A stretch of 64,000 nt of DNA from Eubacteriales bacterium (GTDB lineage: Bacteria; Bacillota; Clostridia; Christensenellales; Aristaeellaceae): the NCBI GenBank assembly GCA_031556815.1, contig JAVBSI010000024.1, positions 469-64,468 on the forward strand, given 5' to 3'. The translations under genes and the position numbers were made by a program. Below the pieces are notes generated by a model. That model was not told the DNA's origin. It worked only from the letters and a program-made list of their open reading frames with translations, and made no database searches. Positions 48,789 through 57,062 of this stretch are shown one piece after another. Positions within the stretch are counted from its first letter, which is position 1. Every line of letters starts with the position of its first letter.

Positions 48789-49271
48789 TTAGCCCACCTT
48801 TTTTAGAAACTCGTCCACCAACTTGTCATGATCCTTCTGGGTCACTTCCCGCTGCAAAAGCTTGCCAGCCAACGCCACGCTGAGCCCGGCCACCTCGCCT
48901 CGCATTTCTTCCCGGGCGTTTTTACGCATGGATTCCGCCTCGGTGCGAGCCTGTTTCATAATGTAGGCGGCATCCTCGTGGGCGTCCTCCATCACTTTCT
49001 GCGCCTGTTCATGTGCCTGGGCTACGCTTTTGGCAATGGTATCCGCCGCTGTTCTGTGAGCCGCAGCAACCTCATCCTGGGCCTCTCGCTTTTCCTGCTC
49101 CAAGCCTTGCTGCGCGTCGGTAACGCTTTGCAGCTGCGCTTCCACCATGGCCGTGCGAGCATTCATAAACTTCCGCACAGGCTTCAGCAGCAAAAAATAC
49201 AGGGACACCAATAACAGGGCAGCGTTGAGCATATGAAGCAGTATGGAAACCGGATTAAAAAGGCCTTCCAC
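48789..49271 (-). CDS. atpF: Fo ATP synthase b subunit
   Basis: 160 aa; one N-terminal TM then a long charged Ala/Glu/Gln-rich helix. Confidence 0.8.
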   Translation of the reverse strand: MEGLFNPVSILLHMLNAALLLVSLYFLLLKPVRKFMNARTAMVEAQLQSVTDAQQGLEQEKREAQDEVAAAHRTAADTIAKSVAQAHEQAQKVMEDAHEDAAYIMKQARTEAESMRKNAREEMRGEVAGLSVALAGKLLQREVTQKDHDKLVDEFLKKVG

Positions 49272-49304
49272 GCGCCATCCCTCCTTGCGGTTTCATCGTT
49301 GCGC

Positions 49305-49556
49305 TCAGGCTACCTTCGCGCCCAGAATAAACACGATCAAGATGCCCACCAGCAACGCATACACGGCACAAGTCTCCATCATGATGAGCCCAAACATCAG
49401 CGAGCTGTTGATTTTTCCGGCGGCCTCCGGCTGTCGCGCGATGGCCTCAGCGGCCTTGCCCGTTGCATTGCCCATGCCCAACGCAGCGCCAGCCCCGCAC
49501 AGTGCTGCGATCCCCGCGCCAATAGCGACCAAACCCAAAGAAATGCTCATGTTCAT
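49305..49556 (-). CDS. atpE: Fo ATP synthase c subunit
   Basis: 83 aa helical hairpin; the ARQPE loop and carboxylate E61 in helix 2 (LIMMETCAVYALL). Confidence 0.9.
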   Translation of the reverse strand: MNMSISLGLVAIGAGIAALCGAGAALGMGNATGKAAEAIARQPEAAGKINSSLMFGLIMMETCAVYALLVGILIVFILGAKVA

Positions 49557-49592
49557 ATCCTCCTACCAAAATTGATTGAGTAAATCATATGC

Positions 49593-50261
49593 TTATTCCA
49601 CGGCCTCGCTTATGTAGACCAGAGAGAGTAGCCCCAGCACAAAAGTTTGAATGCCCACATGCAGCACATTAAAATAGGAAGCAATGACCGCCGGCAGGAT
49701 GATGGGCACCACGGCATAAATCAACTGCATGATGATGCCGCCCACCATGATATTGGCAAACAAACGAATGGCAATGGAACAGGGTGCAATCAGGTCAGTT
49801 ACAATGCGAATGGGCATCACTGCCGGAGAGGGCACGCACAGCCCGTGAATGCGTCCCTTGATGCCACGAAATTTAAGCCCCGTCACATTTACCAGCAAAA
49901 AAGTGCATAGACCCAGGGCGAAGGTGCAGTTGATGTCCTCCGTGGCAGGGGCAAACCCGAACAGCTCCACCACGGTGACGGAGAACACATAGGCCATCAT
50001 CGTCATGATGGCCGGAGCCACAAAGGAACCCGCTTCCCCCACCTTGCCTTCACTCCAACGATAGATACCCTCTACCGCCAGCTCCAGCACGTTTTGAAGG
50101 CCGGTGGGCTTTTGCTTCATCCGGCGTACCACCAGCAGATGGATCAATGCCAGCGCAACCAACAAAAGCGCCAGCACGCACCAAGCGGTCACCACGGACA
50201 GCCCAACATTCAACCCGCCGATCCAAAATGGCTTTTGGACCAGGCTGACCTCCAGCTCCAT
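49593..50261 (-). CDS. atpB: Fo ATP synthase a subunit
   Basis: 222 aa polytopic; the essential-Arg region IAIRLFANIM. Confidence 0.9.
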   Translation of the reverse strand: MELEVSLVQKPFWIGGLNVGLSVVTAWCVLALLLVALALIHLLVVRRMKQKPTGLQNVLELAVEGIYRWSEGKVGEAGSFVAPAIMTMMAYVFSVTVVELFGFAPATEDINCTFALGLCTFLLVNVTGLKFRGIKGRIHGLCVPSPAVMPIRIVTDLIAPCSIAIRLFANIMVGGIIMQLIYAVVPIILPAVIASYFNVLHVGIQTFVLGLLSLVYISEAVE

Positions 50262-50558
50262 CTATTTCGCCCCCTTTTGCGCCCTGCAATACGTCCAAAA
50301 GCTTCCGCATAGCAGCACAATCGATCCAATAACGGCAAAAAGCAGTACCAGCGGAATGGAAATCAACCCGATCCCCACCAGCGCCACAGCCCATAATAAC
50401 AGCTTAACAGCAAACAGCCAGGGCTTTGGCTTACCATCCTGTAAGCTCCGGCCCATCAACCAGACCTGCAAAATCCCAAAGCCCAGGCCCGCCACTCCCG
50501 TCAAAGCATACCCCCACCAGGGGATCAACCGCATGCTTTCCGCAACCGCGTTTTCCAT
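50262..50558 (-). CDS. atpI: AtpI/AtpZ-like small membrane protein
   Basis: 98 aa from MENAVAES; hydrophobic helices, immediately 5' of atpB. GGGGAGGAG RBS before the Met at 50558. Confidence 0.6.
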   Translation of the reverse strand: MENAVAESMRLIPWWGYALTGVAGLGFGILQVWLMGRSLQDGKPKPWLFAVKLLLWAVALVGIGLISIPLVLLFAVIGSIVLLCGSFWTYCRAQKGAK

Positions 50559-50643
50559 CGTTTCTCCTCCCCTAACCAGCCAAGGCACTGGAGGGTACCC
50601 CCATTCTTATGCCTTTGCACAGCACCCGCCAGCCAGCGCGGGC

Positions 50644-52143
50644 TTAACGCCCATCAAGAATCTCCTTGCCATAGAAAATCCCCATGGTGTTCACAATGCC
50701 AGCCCAAGCATGAGCCAGCTCTGGCATGAACACCAGGGGCACATCCTGGATTGGCGCGTAGATCACCGGCTCTTTCTCCGGCGCTTCCAAAAGGGCCGTA
50801 CGTCGCTCATAAGCCGCATCATACCGGGCTGCCTGGCCGGTGACCAATGCTTTCATCGATGCACCGCCTGTCATCTTGGTCAGCCCATACCCGGCACAAC
50901 CTACGGCCATCACAACAGCCAAAGCCAGCGCCACGATGGCTGGAAGGCCCGTCTGCCCATCCATCTTCTTGGGGCTTTCATGCAAGCCCAGCGTTTCTTT
51001 TCGACAGGCAACCCACCCGGTCCAGTACCAAGTGTTGACGAGCATGAATAAGCAGTACATCCAGTATACCGAGTCCACAATCCGACCAGAATCATAATAC
51101 AGATTGACGTAGATAGCGGGCGTAAGATGGGAGGCCAACACCCCAAAAGATCCTATGAGCATTAGCAGTGGGTTGCTGAAACGCATCCCGCAACTTGATG
51201 CCGATTGATAAAACAGGGGGATCAGCAGCAGCAGTGCAGCAATCCAAGGCAATGTGGTAAATCGCCCGATGTATTCAATCGTAGCCGTGATGGATTCAAC
51301 CACCGACAAAATCGGATCGGCTGTCCCCGTTATCCCTTGTTTGGCGATGGTCCCTGGCGCAAAAGCATTAAAAGCCTGGCTGGACAGGGCAACCAGCAAC
51401 ACCAGTGTCATAGGGATCTTCACTCGGCGCTCCGCCTTGGTGCACCATAGGTAGAGAACATAAAAGACCAATCCTACAGACAAACTCAGCGCGGTCATCT
51501 GGTTGGTAGTTGCACAGCCAGCTGCCAGCAAGCACATGGTTGTTAAACGAAGCCCTTCCCGCAGTTTGGTTGCAGGGGCGAGTGCTGACGTGCGAATGAT
51601 CAGTGCGATTAGCATGAGCAGCAAAGCAAAAGCAAGAGTGTACTTCACTCCCGCGGCGTACCAGAACAACACTTCGTTGGGGTGTGGCACAAAATGAATG
51701 GACAAGCTGAACATTAGTGCCGCTGTCAGCCAGCCTAGCCAGGGTGACGCCCGCATGGCCTGGCAAAGGGCTCTGCCAAGCATCAGCCAGGCACAGGCAA
51801 GGAGAAGCACAAAAATAAACGTCACCAAGAAGTACATAGACTGTGATATAACCCCAAACTGCAAAAAATAAAAAAAGATGGTCGTCACATTTCCTTCCCA
51901 CTCCATATACCAATCGGCTGTGGCATCAGCGGCCTTGGAAAGCAGCGTACCGATGGAATGGTCTTTCTCCCAGGCATTGACGGCCACTTGGCCTCCGGGT
52001 ACAAAATCGTCATAATAAGGGTGGTTAAAAAAGGAGACCGCAAAAATCGGCAGCACAGATGCAACCGTCACCAAACAACAGAGCACAGCCAGCACACGAA
52101 AACCAAGCCGTTGCTTTGGAATCCATGTTTGTCCTTTCGCCAT
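50644..52143 (-). CDS. Large polytopic membrane protein, unknown function
   Basis: About 499 aa, more than 10 hydrophobic segments. ATG at 52143 follows GAAGAGG (ORF track GTG at 52152). Ends 85 nt upstream of the atpI start, same strand. No family recognised with confidence. Confidence 0.6.
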   Translation of the reverse strand: MAKGQTWIPKQRLGFRVLAVLCCLVTVASVLPIFAVSFFNHPYYDDFVPGGQVAVNAWEKDHSIGTLLSKAADATADWYMEWEGNVTTIFFYFLQFGVISQSMYFLVTFIFVLLLACAWLMLGRALCQAMRASPWLGWLTAALMFSLSIHFVPHPNEVLFWYAAGVKYTLAFALLLMLIALIIRTSALAPATKLREGLRLTTMCLLAAGCATTNQMTALSLSVGLVFYVLYLWCTKAERRVKIPMTLVLLVALSSQAFNAFAPGTIAKQGITGTADPILSVVESITATIEYIGRFTTLPWIAALLLLIPLFYQSASSCGMRFSNPLLMLIGSFGVLASHLTPAIYVNLYYDSGRIVDSVYWMYCLFMLVNTWYWTGWVACRKETLGLHESPKKMDGQTGLPAIVALALAVVMAVGCAGYGLTKMTGGASMKALVTGQAARYDAAYERRTALLEAPEKEPVIYAPIQDVPLVFMPELAHAWAGIVNTMGIFYGKEILDGR

Positions 52144-52279
52144 ATCACGCACCTCTTCTCTCTTTGGGTCAATGCCAAGCTGATTTTAGCACTGCCAATA
52201 TCCAGTGTCAAGCAATGGAACCGCTGCATCTTCATAAAGATTGACGGAGAAAACAGGCATTCTGCCGTACACTTTTTGC

Positions 52280-52308
52280 TTGCTTTTCCCATAGTCAACT
52301 GCTATAAT
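52280..52308 (+). promoter_or_regulatory. Sigma-70-type promoter of rpsF-ssb-rpsR (TTGCTT-17 nt-TATAAT)
   Basis: -35 at 52280-52285 and a consensus -10 at 52303-52308. Confidence 0.55.
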
Positions 52309-52327
52309 ATCAAATTGGCACATCCTT

Positions 52328-52351
52328 GCGCTGCGTCACCAAGCGTAGCGC
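52328..52351 (+). promoter_or_regulatory. Leader hairpin; candidate S6:S18-binding rpsF leader
   Basis: GCGCTGCG-TCACCAAG-CGTAGCGC lies between the promoter and the rpsF RBS. An autoregulatory rpsF 5'UTR motif is known in Firmicutes, but I cannot verify the consensus by eye. Confidence 0.3.
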
Positions 52352-52377
52352 CATATGTCCAAGAGGAGGTGAAAGGT

Positions 52378-52941
52378 ATGAATAGGTATGAACTCACCTA
52401 CATCATCGACACCAAGCTGGAAGAGGACGCACGGAAAGAGCTGATCGAAAAATTTTCCGGCGTGATCCAGCAAAATGGCGGTGAAGTGGAAAAAGTGGAC
52501 GAAACGTGGGGCAAGCGCCGCCTGGCATATCCCATCAACGATATGTTGGAAGGATATTACGTTTTGGTAACTTTTGCCAGCGAAGGGGATCTTCCCCGCG
52601 AGGTGGAGCGGAACCTGGAAATCAACGAAAACATTCTGCGCTATCTGATCATCAAGCTGGTGGAGAAAAAACAGAGCGTAAAGCCCCGTCCTGTGCGGGC
52701 TGCCGCGCCGGTTCCCCCGCCGCCTGTGGATGCCCCGCAAGGGGAAGACCTGGGCGAGGCCCCCAAGGCGGAAGCGCCTGCTGTGGTAGCAGACGCCCAA
52801 GCCCCTGAAACGGAACCGCTCGAAGCAGAGGATAACCCTGAGGCTGAGGAAGCCGCCGCCCTCAAGGCGTCTGCTCCAGAAAAGGTTGAGGTTGCACAAC
52901 CCGCCGTAGCGGAAGACGCCCCCCAAGCTCCTGCCGAGTAA
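52378..52941 (+). CDS. rpsF: 30S ribosomal protein S6 with a long acidic Pro/Ala/Glu-rich C-terminal extension
   Basis: From MNRYELTYIIDTKLEEDA...WGKRRLAYPI (S6 core, about 95 aa), then a low-complexity tail of about 90 aa. AGAGGAGG RBS (ORF track start 51958 rejected). Confidence 0.9.
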   Translation: MNRYELTYIIDTKLEEDARKELIEKFSGVIQQNGGEVEKVDETWGKRRLAYPINDMLEGYYVLVTFASEGDLPREVERNLEINENILRYLIIKLVEKKQSVKPRPVRAAAPVPPPPVDAPQGEDLGEAPKAEAPAVVADAQAPETEPLEAEDNPEAEEAAALKASAPEKVEVAQPAVAEDAPQAPAE

Positions 52942-52957
52942 AGGTTGGTGACAGAAG

Positions 52958-53380
52958 ATGAATAAGTTGACCATCATCGGAAACCTGACCCGTGATCCCG
53001 AGTCGCGAACCACATCCACGGGCATAAACGTCTGCTCCTTCACGGTGGCTGTCAATCGTCGCCGTAGCGCGCAAAACAACCAACCCGAAGCGGATTTCTT
53101 TCGGGTCACGGCTTGGCGCCAGTTGGGCGAAAACTGCCAAAAGTTTTTAGCCAAGGGCCGTAAGGTGGCGGTGGTTGGGGCCGTGTCCGTCAGCACCTAT
53201 GAAGCAAAGGACGGCAGCGGCACCCGGTTCTCCCTAGAAGTCAACGCCGAAGATGTTGAATTCCTGTCATCTCGTCAAGATGAGGGCGGTTACGTCCCCT
53301 CTTCCGATGATTCTCCCAAGCCTTCCGCTTCTGCGGATCATGGCTTTGAGCAGGTGGATGACGAGGATTTGCCCTTCTAA
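52958..53380 (+). CDS. ssb: Single-stranded DNA-binding protein
   Basis: MNKLTIIGNLTRDPE..., an OB-fold and the acidic tip DDEDLPF. Confidence 0.9.
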   Translation: MNKLTIIGNLTRDPESRTTSTGINVCSFTVAVNRRRSAQNNQPEADFFRVTAWRQLGENCQKFLAKGRKVAVVGAVSVSTYEAKDGSGTRFSLEVNAEDVEFLSSRQDEGGYVPSSDDSPKPSASADHGFEQVDDEDLPF

Positions 53381-53443
53381 CAGAGCGGAATGCCCCGTAA
53401 GGTGGCTCCATTCCCCTACTTTTCCGGTAAGGAGGTTCAGCCC

Positions 53444-53698
53444 ATGTCTGAAGATCGTGGTGAAAGAAGAATGCGTCCCCGTGGCCGCAAGCCGCGCCGC
53501 AAGGTATGCAGCTTCTGCGTGGACAAAATCGAATACATCGATTACAAGGATATCAGCCGTCTTCGCCGCTTCGTGAATGAGCGCGGCAAGATTATGCCTC
53601 GCCGTATGAGCGGAAACTGCGCCAAGCACCAACGCCAGTTATCCGAAGCCATCAAGCGCGCCCGTGCCATCGCGTTGATGCCCTTCTCCGCAGAATAA
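53444..53698 (+). CDS. rpsR: 30S ribosomal protein S18
   Basis: From MSEDRGERR...; RRKVCSFC...IDYKD...LRRF..ERGKI.PRR..G.CAKHQR.L..AIKRAR. AAGGAGG RBS (ORF track start 53390 rejected). Confidence 0.9.
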   Translation: MSEDRGERRMRPRGRKPRRKVCSFCVDKIEYIDYKDISRLRRFVNERGKIMPRRMSGNCAKHQRQLSEAIKRARAIALMPFSAE

Positions 53699-53713
53699 AG
53701 TTGCCCACAACGC

Positions 53714-53750
53714 ATCAAAAGAGCTCGTCCCATGGACGAGCTCTTTTGAT
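53714..53750. terminator. Bidirectional hairpin terminator between rpsR and the convergent CofE-like gene
   Basis: A 17-bp perfect stem: ATCAAAAGAGCTCGTCC-CAT-GGACGAGCTCTTTTGAT. Confidence 0.8.
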
Positions 53751-53762
53751 GATTCAACAAAG

Positions 53763-54506
53763 TCACACAGGCCTGATCAATATGAAAGGCGTTAATTCAT
53801 CCCCCTGGCCACTTGGGTTGTCAGCCATGGCATCTTGAATCTGAGAATCGGTGAGCGGGAAATCACTGCTTTTGCCCAGTTGGTCACGCTGTAGGTCGTT
53901 GGCATCCATCAGCACCACCGGAATGCCGGTGTCTTTGCAAAGCTGCTCGCAAAGCTCGTTGGCGTTTTCCGGGTTGATCAGCGCTAGCTGGTGGTAGATC
54001 TCAAAGCTGGAGCGGGTGTAAAACCCATCGATCCCGCCAACGCCCTTGCCGCACACCCGATAGAACACGCCCTTGACACCAAAAAGCTTGGTTACCGCGC
54101 TGCATACCACCGCCAGCAACACCCGGGGCAAGCCCACCATATCGATCACCAGTTGCAGTTTGTATGGCTCATGCATGCCCACACCCGTATGGTTGATGCC
54201 CGCGAACCGCCAAAGGAGATTCGCCCAAAAACCAGGCTTCACCTGCTCCCGGGTTCGCACGGACTTCACGCACATGCACATCACCTTGGCGCCAAAGCTG
54301 AGCATGTCACCGGGTTGAAACAGTGGCAGTACATACTTTTCCACTAGATCCTTTTGGCTTTCCCCCACCTGCACAAAGTGGGTTTGAATGGCGTACCGGT
54401 CATACTGGCGGCCATCTGCGCCGGTGATAACGCCTCGGTCAAAATAAACAATGCCGTCCTTTTCCCGCCGCTGTTGATCCAGGTTTCGAGAAGGAATAAT
54501 GCCCAT
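53763..54506 (-). CDS. F420-0:gamma-glutamyl ligase (CofE)-like family protein, function unknown here
   Basis: 247 aa from MGIIPSRN. GDMLSFGAKV..., GGIDGFY and the C-terminal NPSGQGDELTPF resemble PF01996-type proteins. Family call is from memory. AGGAGGAG RBS. Confidence 0.45.
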   Translation of the reverse strand: MGIIPSRNLDQQRREKDGIVYFDRGVITGADGRQYDRYAIQTHFVQVGESQKDLVEKYVLPLFQPGDMLSFGAKVMCMCVKSVRTREQVKPGFWANLLWRFAGINHTGVGMHEPYKLQLVIDMVGLPRVLLAVVCSAVTKLFGVKGVFYRVCGKGVGGIDGFYTRSSFEIYHQLALINPENANELCEQLCKDTGIPVVLMDANDLQRDQLGKSSDFPLTDSQIQDAMADNPSGQGDELTPFILIRPV

Positions 54507-54550
54507 GGTGTTGCTCCTCCTGGTCTGCTGTAAAATTTTCCCAGCTTCCA

Positions 54551-55735
54551 TCACATGTTTTCAAAGAATGGTTCTCCATCCTCAGTAGTCAGAATGCCCA
54601 AATCATTGAATTTCAATGGCACGGGCCTGGCCATAATGTATTTTAAAATAGCGTCCAGCCTCACCGACTCGGAATACGTCATCAGTGTGAAGGAAACGCC
54701 GTGTTTCTTGGCACGGCCCGTACGTCCGATCCGGTGGAGATAGTATTCGTTTTCGTTGGGCAGGTCGTAATTGATCACGGCCTCCACATCATCCACGTCA
54801 ATGCCGCGGGCAGCCACATCCGTGGCCAGCAAGATCTGAAACTTACCCTTACGATAGGCTTGCATCACCTGATTACGCGCGCTTTGGCGCATGTCCCCAT
54901 GGAGACAATCGGCAGGGTATCCCGCTTCCTGCAAGCGCTTGCACAGCCGCTGGGTCATGTCCTTGGTATTCACAAACACCATCACACGCTGGTATACGTC
55001 ACTGTCCAACAGGTAGAGGAGATCCTCATATTTCTTGGCTTGAGTGGTTTCAATCACATATTGAGTGATCTTCGGTTTATTTTCTTGGGTGGCAGGCACG
55101 ATTACCTCAACGGGCTCATGCTGGTATTTCCAGGCAATGGTCATTACATCTTGGTTGGTTGTGGCGGAAAACAGCACCAGCTGCCGCTCCGGCGGCGTCG
55201 CCTCAATAATCTTGGTTACATCTTTCACAAAGCCCATGTTCAGCATTTCATCCGCCTCGTCCAGCACCATGGTGTGCACACTATCCAAGCGGATGTTGCC
55301 ACGGTTCATATGATCCAGCAGCCTGCCGGGCGTGGCCACGATGATCTGCGGATGCTGCCGGAGCAAGCTAATCTGCTTCATAATGGGTTGTCCACCATAG
55401 AGCACCGCGATACGCGTCCCAGGAATAAACCGGGCCAGCTCGGTAAGCTCATCCGCGATCTGAAGGCTAAGCTCCCTGGTAGGCGCCAGCACCAGCTCTT
55501 GTACCCGCTTGTCTTTCAAGTTTACATATTCCAGCATAGGGATGCCAAAGGCGCAGGTTTTCCCTGTGCCCGTGGGGGCAATGGCGATAATATCGCGGCC
55601 TTCCATCATCAAAGGAAGGGTTTTTGCCTGGACGGGCGTCATCTCCCGGAATCCCATTTTCTCGACGCCCTTCAAAATTTCGCCGCTAATCTCTGGCTGT
55701 TGCGAAAAAAATACGGCTGTTTGTTCTGTTTCCAA
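54551..55735 (-). CDS. DEAD-box ATP-dependent RNA helicase
   Basis: Q-motif region (F...ILKGVEKMGFREMTPVQ), APTGTGKT, DEAD, SAT and HRIGRTGRA. No Met precedes the Q motif, so TTG at 55735 (GAGGAG 10 nt upstream) is proposed. The ORF track start 55999 adds a non-homologous 88 aa. Confidence 0.85.
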   Translation of the reverse strand: METEQTAVFFSQQPEISGEILKGVEKMGFREMTPVQAKTLPLMMEGRDIIAIAPTGTGKTCAFGIPMLEYVNLKDKRVQELVLAPTRELSLQIADELTELARFIPGTRIAVLYGGQPIMKQISLLRQHPQIIVATPGRLLDHMNRGNIRLDSVHTMVLDEADEMLNMGFVKDVTKIIEATPPERQLVLFSATTNQDVMTIAWKYQHEPVEVIVPATQENKPKITQYVIETTQAKKYEDLLYLLDSDVYQRVMVFVNTKDMTQRLCKRLQEAGYPADCLHGDMRQSARNQVMQAYRKGKFQILLATDVAARGIDVDDVEAVINYDLPNENEYYLHRIGRTGRAKKHGVSFTLMTYSESVRLDAILKYIMARPVPLKFNDLGILTTEDGEPFFENM

Positions 55736-55925
55736 ATCGGGCCTGCTCCTCACTTCTGAAATCAAAAAAACCCAACTATTAACTTTCTCCAACTTGTCCC
55801 CAAAATCCTGCCGCTTCCTCACACAGCTTTTCGCGGCGCATATGCTGTGGATAAGGGAAGGCGGACACCCAGAAGCCTGCGTGGCATCCGGCTCTGCCCC
55901 GCTACCAGCGTAAAGGAGCAGCGCC

Positions 55926-56786
55926 ATGAACATCTTGATCACCGACTGCGACCAAGGCCTTCGCCTGTACCACCCTTCAGGAAAGTTCTTGCTCCCCATG
56001 GAGTGCTCCCTTGCCTGCCCCTACATGCCCCGCGCCACCAGCGATTGTTTGTTGTGCGCTTGTCGCAAAGAATGCGACTGCTGCTGCTTCAGCCGAAGAA
56101 GTCTTCGGGAGACCAGCCGTTTCCCGGCGCTTCCGGCCTTGTCGGCCGTATGCGTATCCGGTTGTGAGCGTTATGTCTATCAGCTCAGCACGGAGGCGGA
56201 TTGCGTCCACACCCGACATCTGGGTAGTGGGGAATTGCTTTATGCCTGCAAAGTGGGGGTTTTTCCCCGAGATATGAAACTGCGGCCCCAGGGGCAACTG
56301 TTGCTGGTGGCTGGCGGAGCCTCCGGGGAAGTGGTGATCTTACAGACGCCAGATTTGATCCACTACGCCACCTTTCACGCTCCGGGCTGTTGTTGCTCCG
56401 TACAGGATTGGCAGGGCGGTTTGGCAATTCTTTGCGCGGTGGAGAATCAGGATATCCAGACCTCGCTCCTCATCCTGGCGCCCCACAAAATCCGCCCGGT
56501 GGAGGTATTGCGCCTGGAGGGTCAGCCCGGCGGGTTTTGCGTCTGCCCAGATCGGCAAACCGCGCTGGTGGGCGCGCTGGATGGACTGATGCGGATCGAC
56601 CTGCGCACCGGGGAGATTCTTTGGAACCTGCCCAACCTCCCTCATTGTACAGATGTCAGCTGCCAAGGTGATCTGGCCCTTGCGGCCGGCGATATGAGTG
56701 GCCAAGTGCAATGGATCCCACTGGAACAACCTTGGTTGGCGCAAAGCTTGTTTTCTGGCGGTGAAACCCAGGCCTGTTTTGTTTGA
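55926..56786 (+). CDS. Cys-rich hypothetical protein (23 Cys in 286 aa), possibly beta-propeller-like C-terminal part
   Basis: AAAGGAG lies 7 nt upstream of the ATG. No signal peptide. Clusters CLLCACRKECDCCC and GCCC; repeats with a G..LL.A.G..G.V motif. No family recognised. Confidence 0.55.
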   Translation: MNILITDCDQGLRLYHPSGKFLLPMECSLACPYMPRATSDCLLCACRKECDCCCFSRRSLRETSRFPALPALSAVCVSGCERYVYQLSTEADCVHTRHLGSGELLYACKVGVFPRDMKLRPQGQLLLVAGGASGEVVILQTPDLIHYATFHAPGCCCSVQDWQGGLAILCAVENQDIQTSLLILAPHKIRPVEVLRLEGQPGGFCVCPDRQTALVGALDGLMRIDLRTGEILWNLPNLPHCTDVSCQGDLALAAGDMSGQVQWIPLEQPWLAQSLFSGGETQACFV

Positions 56787-56858
56787 TGCATGGTTTGATC
56801 GGTTTTGGAGCAAACTTCCTTGCAATGGCCGCATGGCGGCAAAATAAGGAGGATCTGT

Positions 56859-57062
56859 ATGCTTGACAAAATTTCACTGGTACTGGTGATCATCGGCGCA
56901 ATCAACTGGGCGCTGATTGGCATTTTCCAATTTGACCTGGTGGCCTATCTCTTCGGCGGACAAGCCGCGGTGTTCAGTCGCATCGTCTACACGCTGGTTG
57001 GCGCCGCGGGGCTTTGGTGTATTTCCATGCTCTTTGGCGAGCGCGCCAGGGTCAGAGAATAG
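56859..57062 (+). CDS. DUF378 small membrane protein
   Basis: 67 aa; LVLVIIGAINWALIGIFQFDLVAYLFGG is the DUF378 signature. AAGGAGG RBS (ORF track start 56805 rejected). Confidence 0.8.
   Translation: MLDKISLVLVIIGAINWALIGIFQFDLVAYLFGGQAAVFSRIVYTLVGAAGLWCISMLFGERARVRE

Noticed and set aside
51958-52377. 5' extension of the rpsF ORF (327-aa track entry)
   Set aside because: It covers the divergent promoter region and the antisense of the membrane protein gene. The S6 core starts at 52378 with a strong RBS.
54701-55759. 352-aa ORF antisense to the first DEAD-box helicase (similarly 59304-60437 antisense to the second)
   Set aside because: Shadow ORFs opposite genes with complete helicase motif sets. 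The composition is His/Gly/Arg/Leu-rich and non-protein-like.
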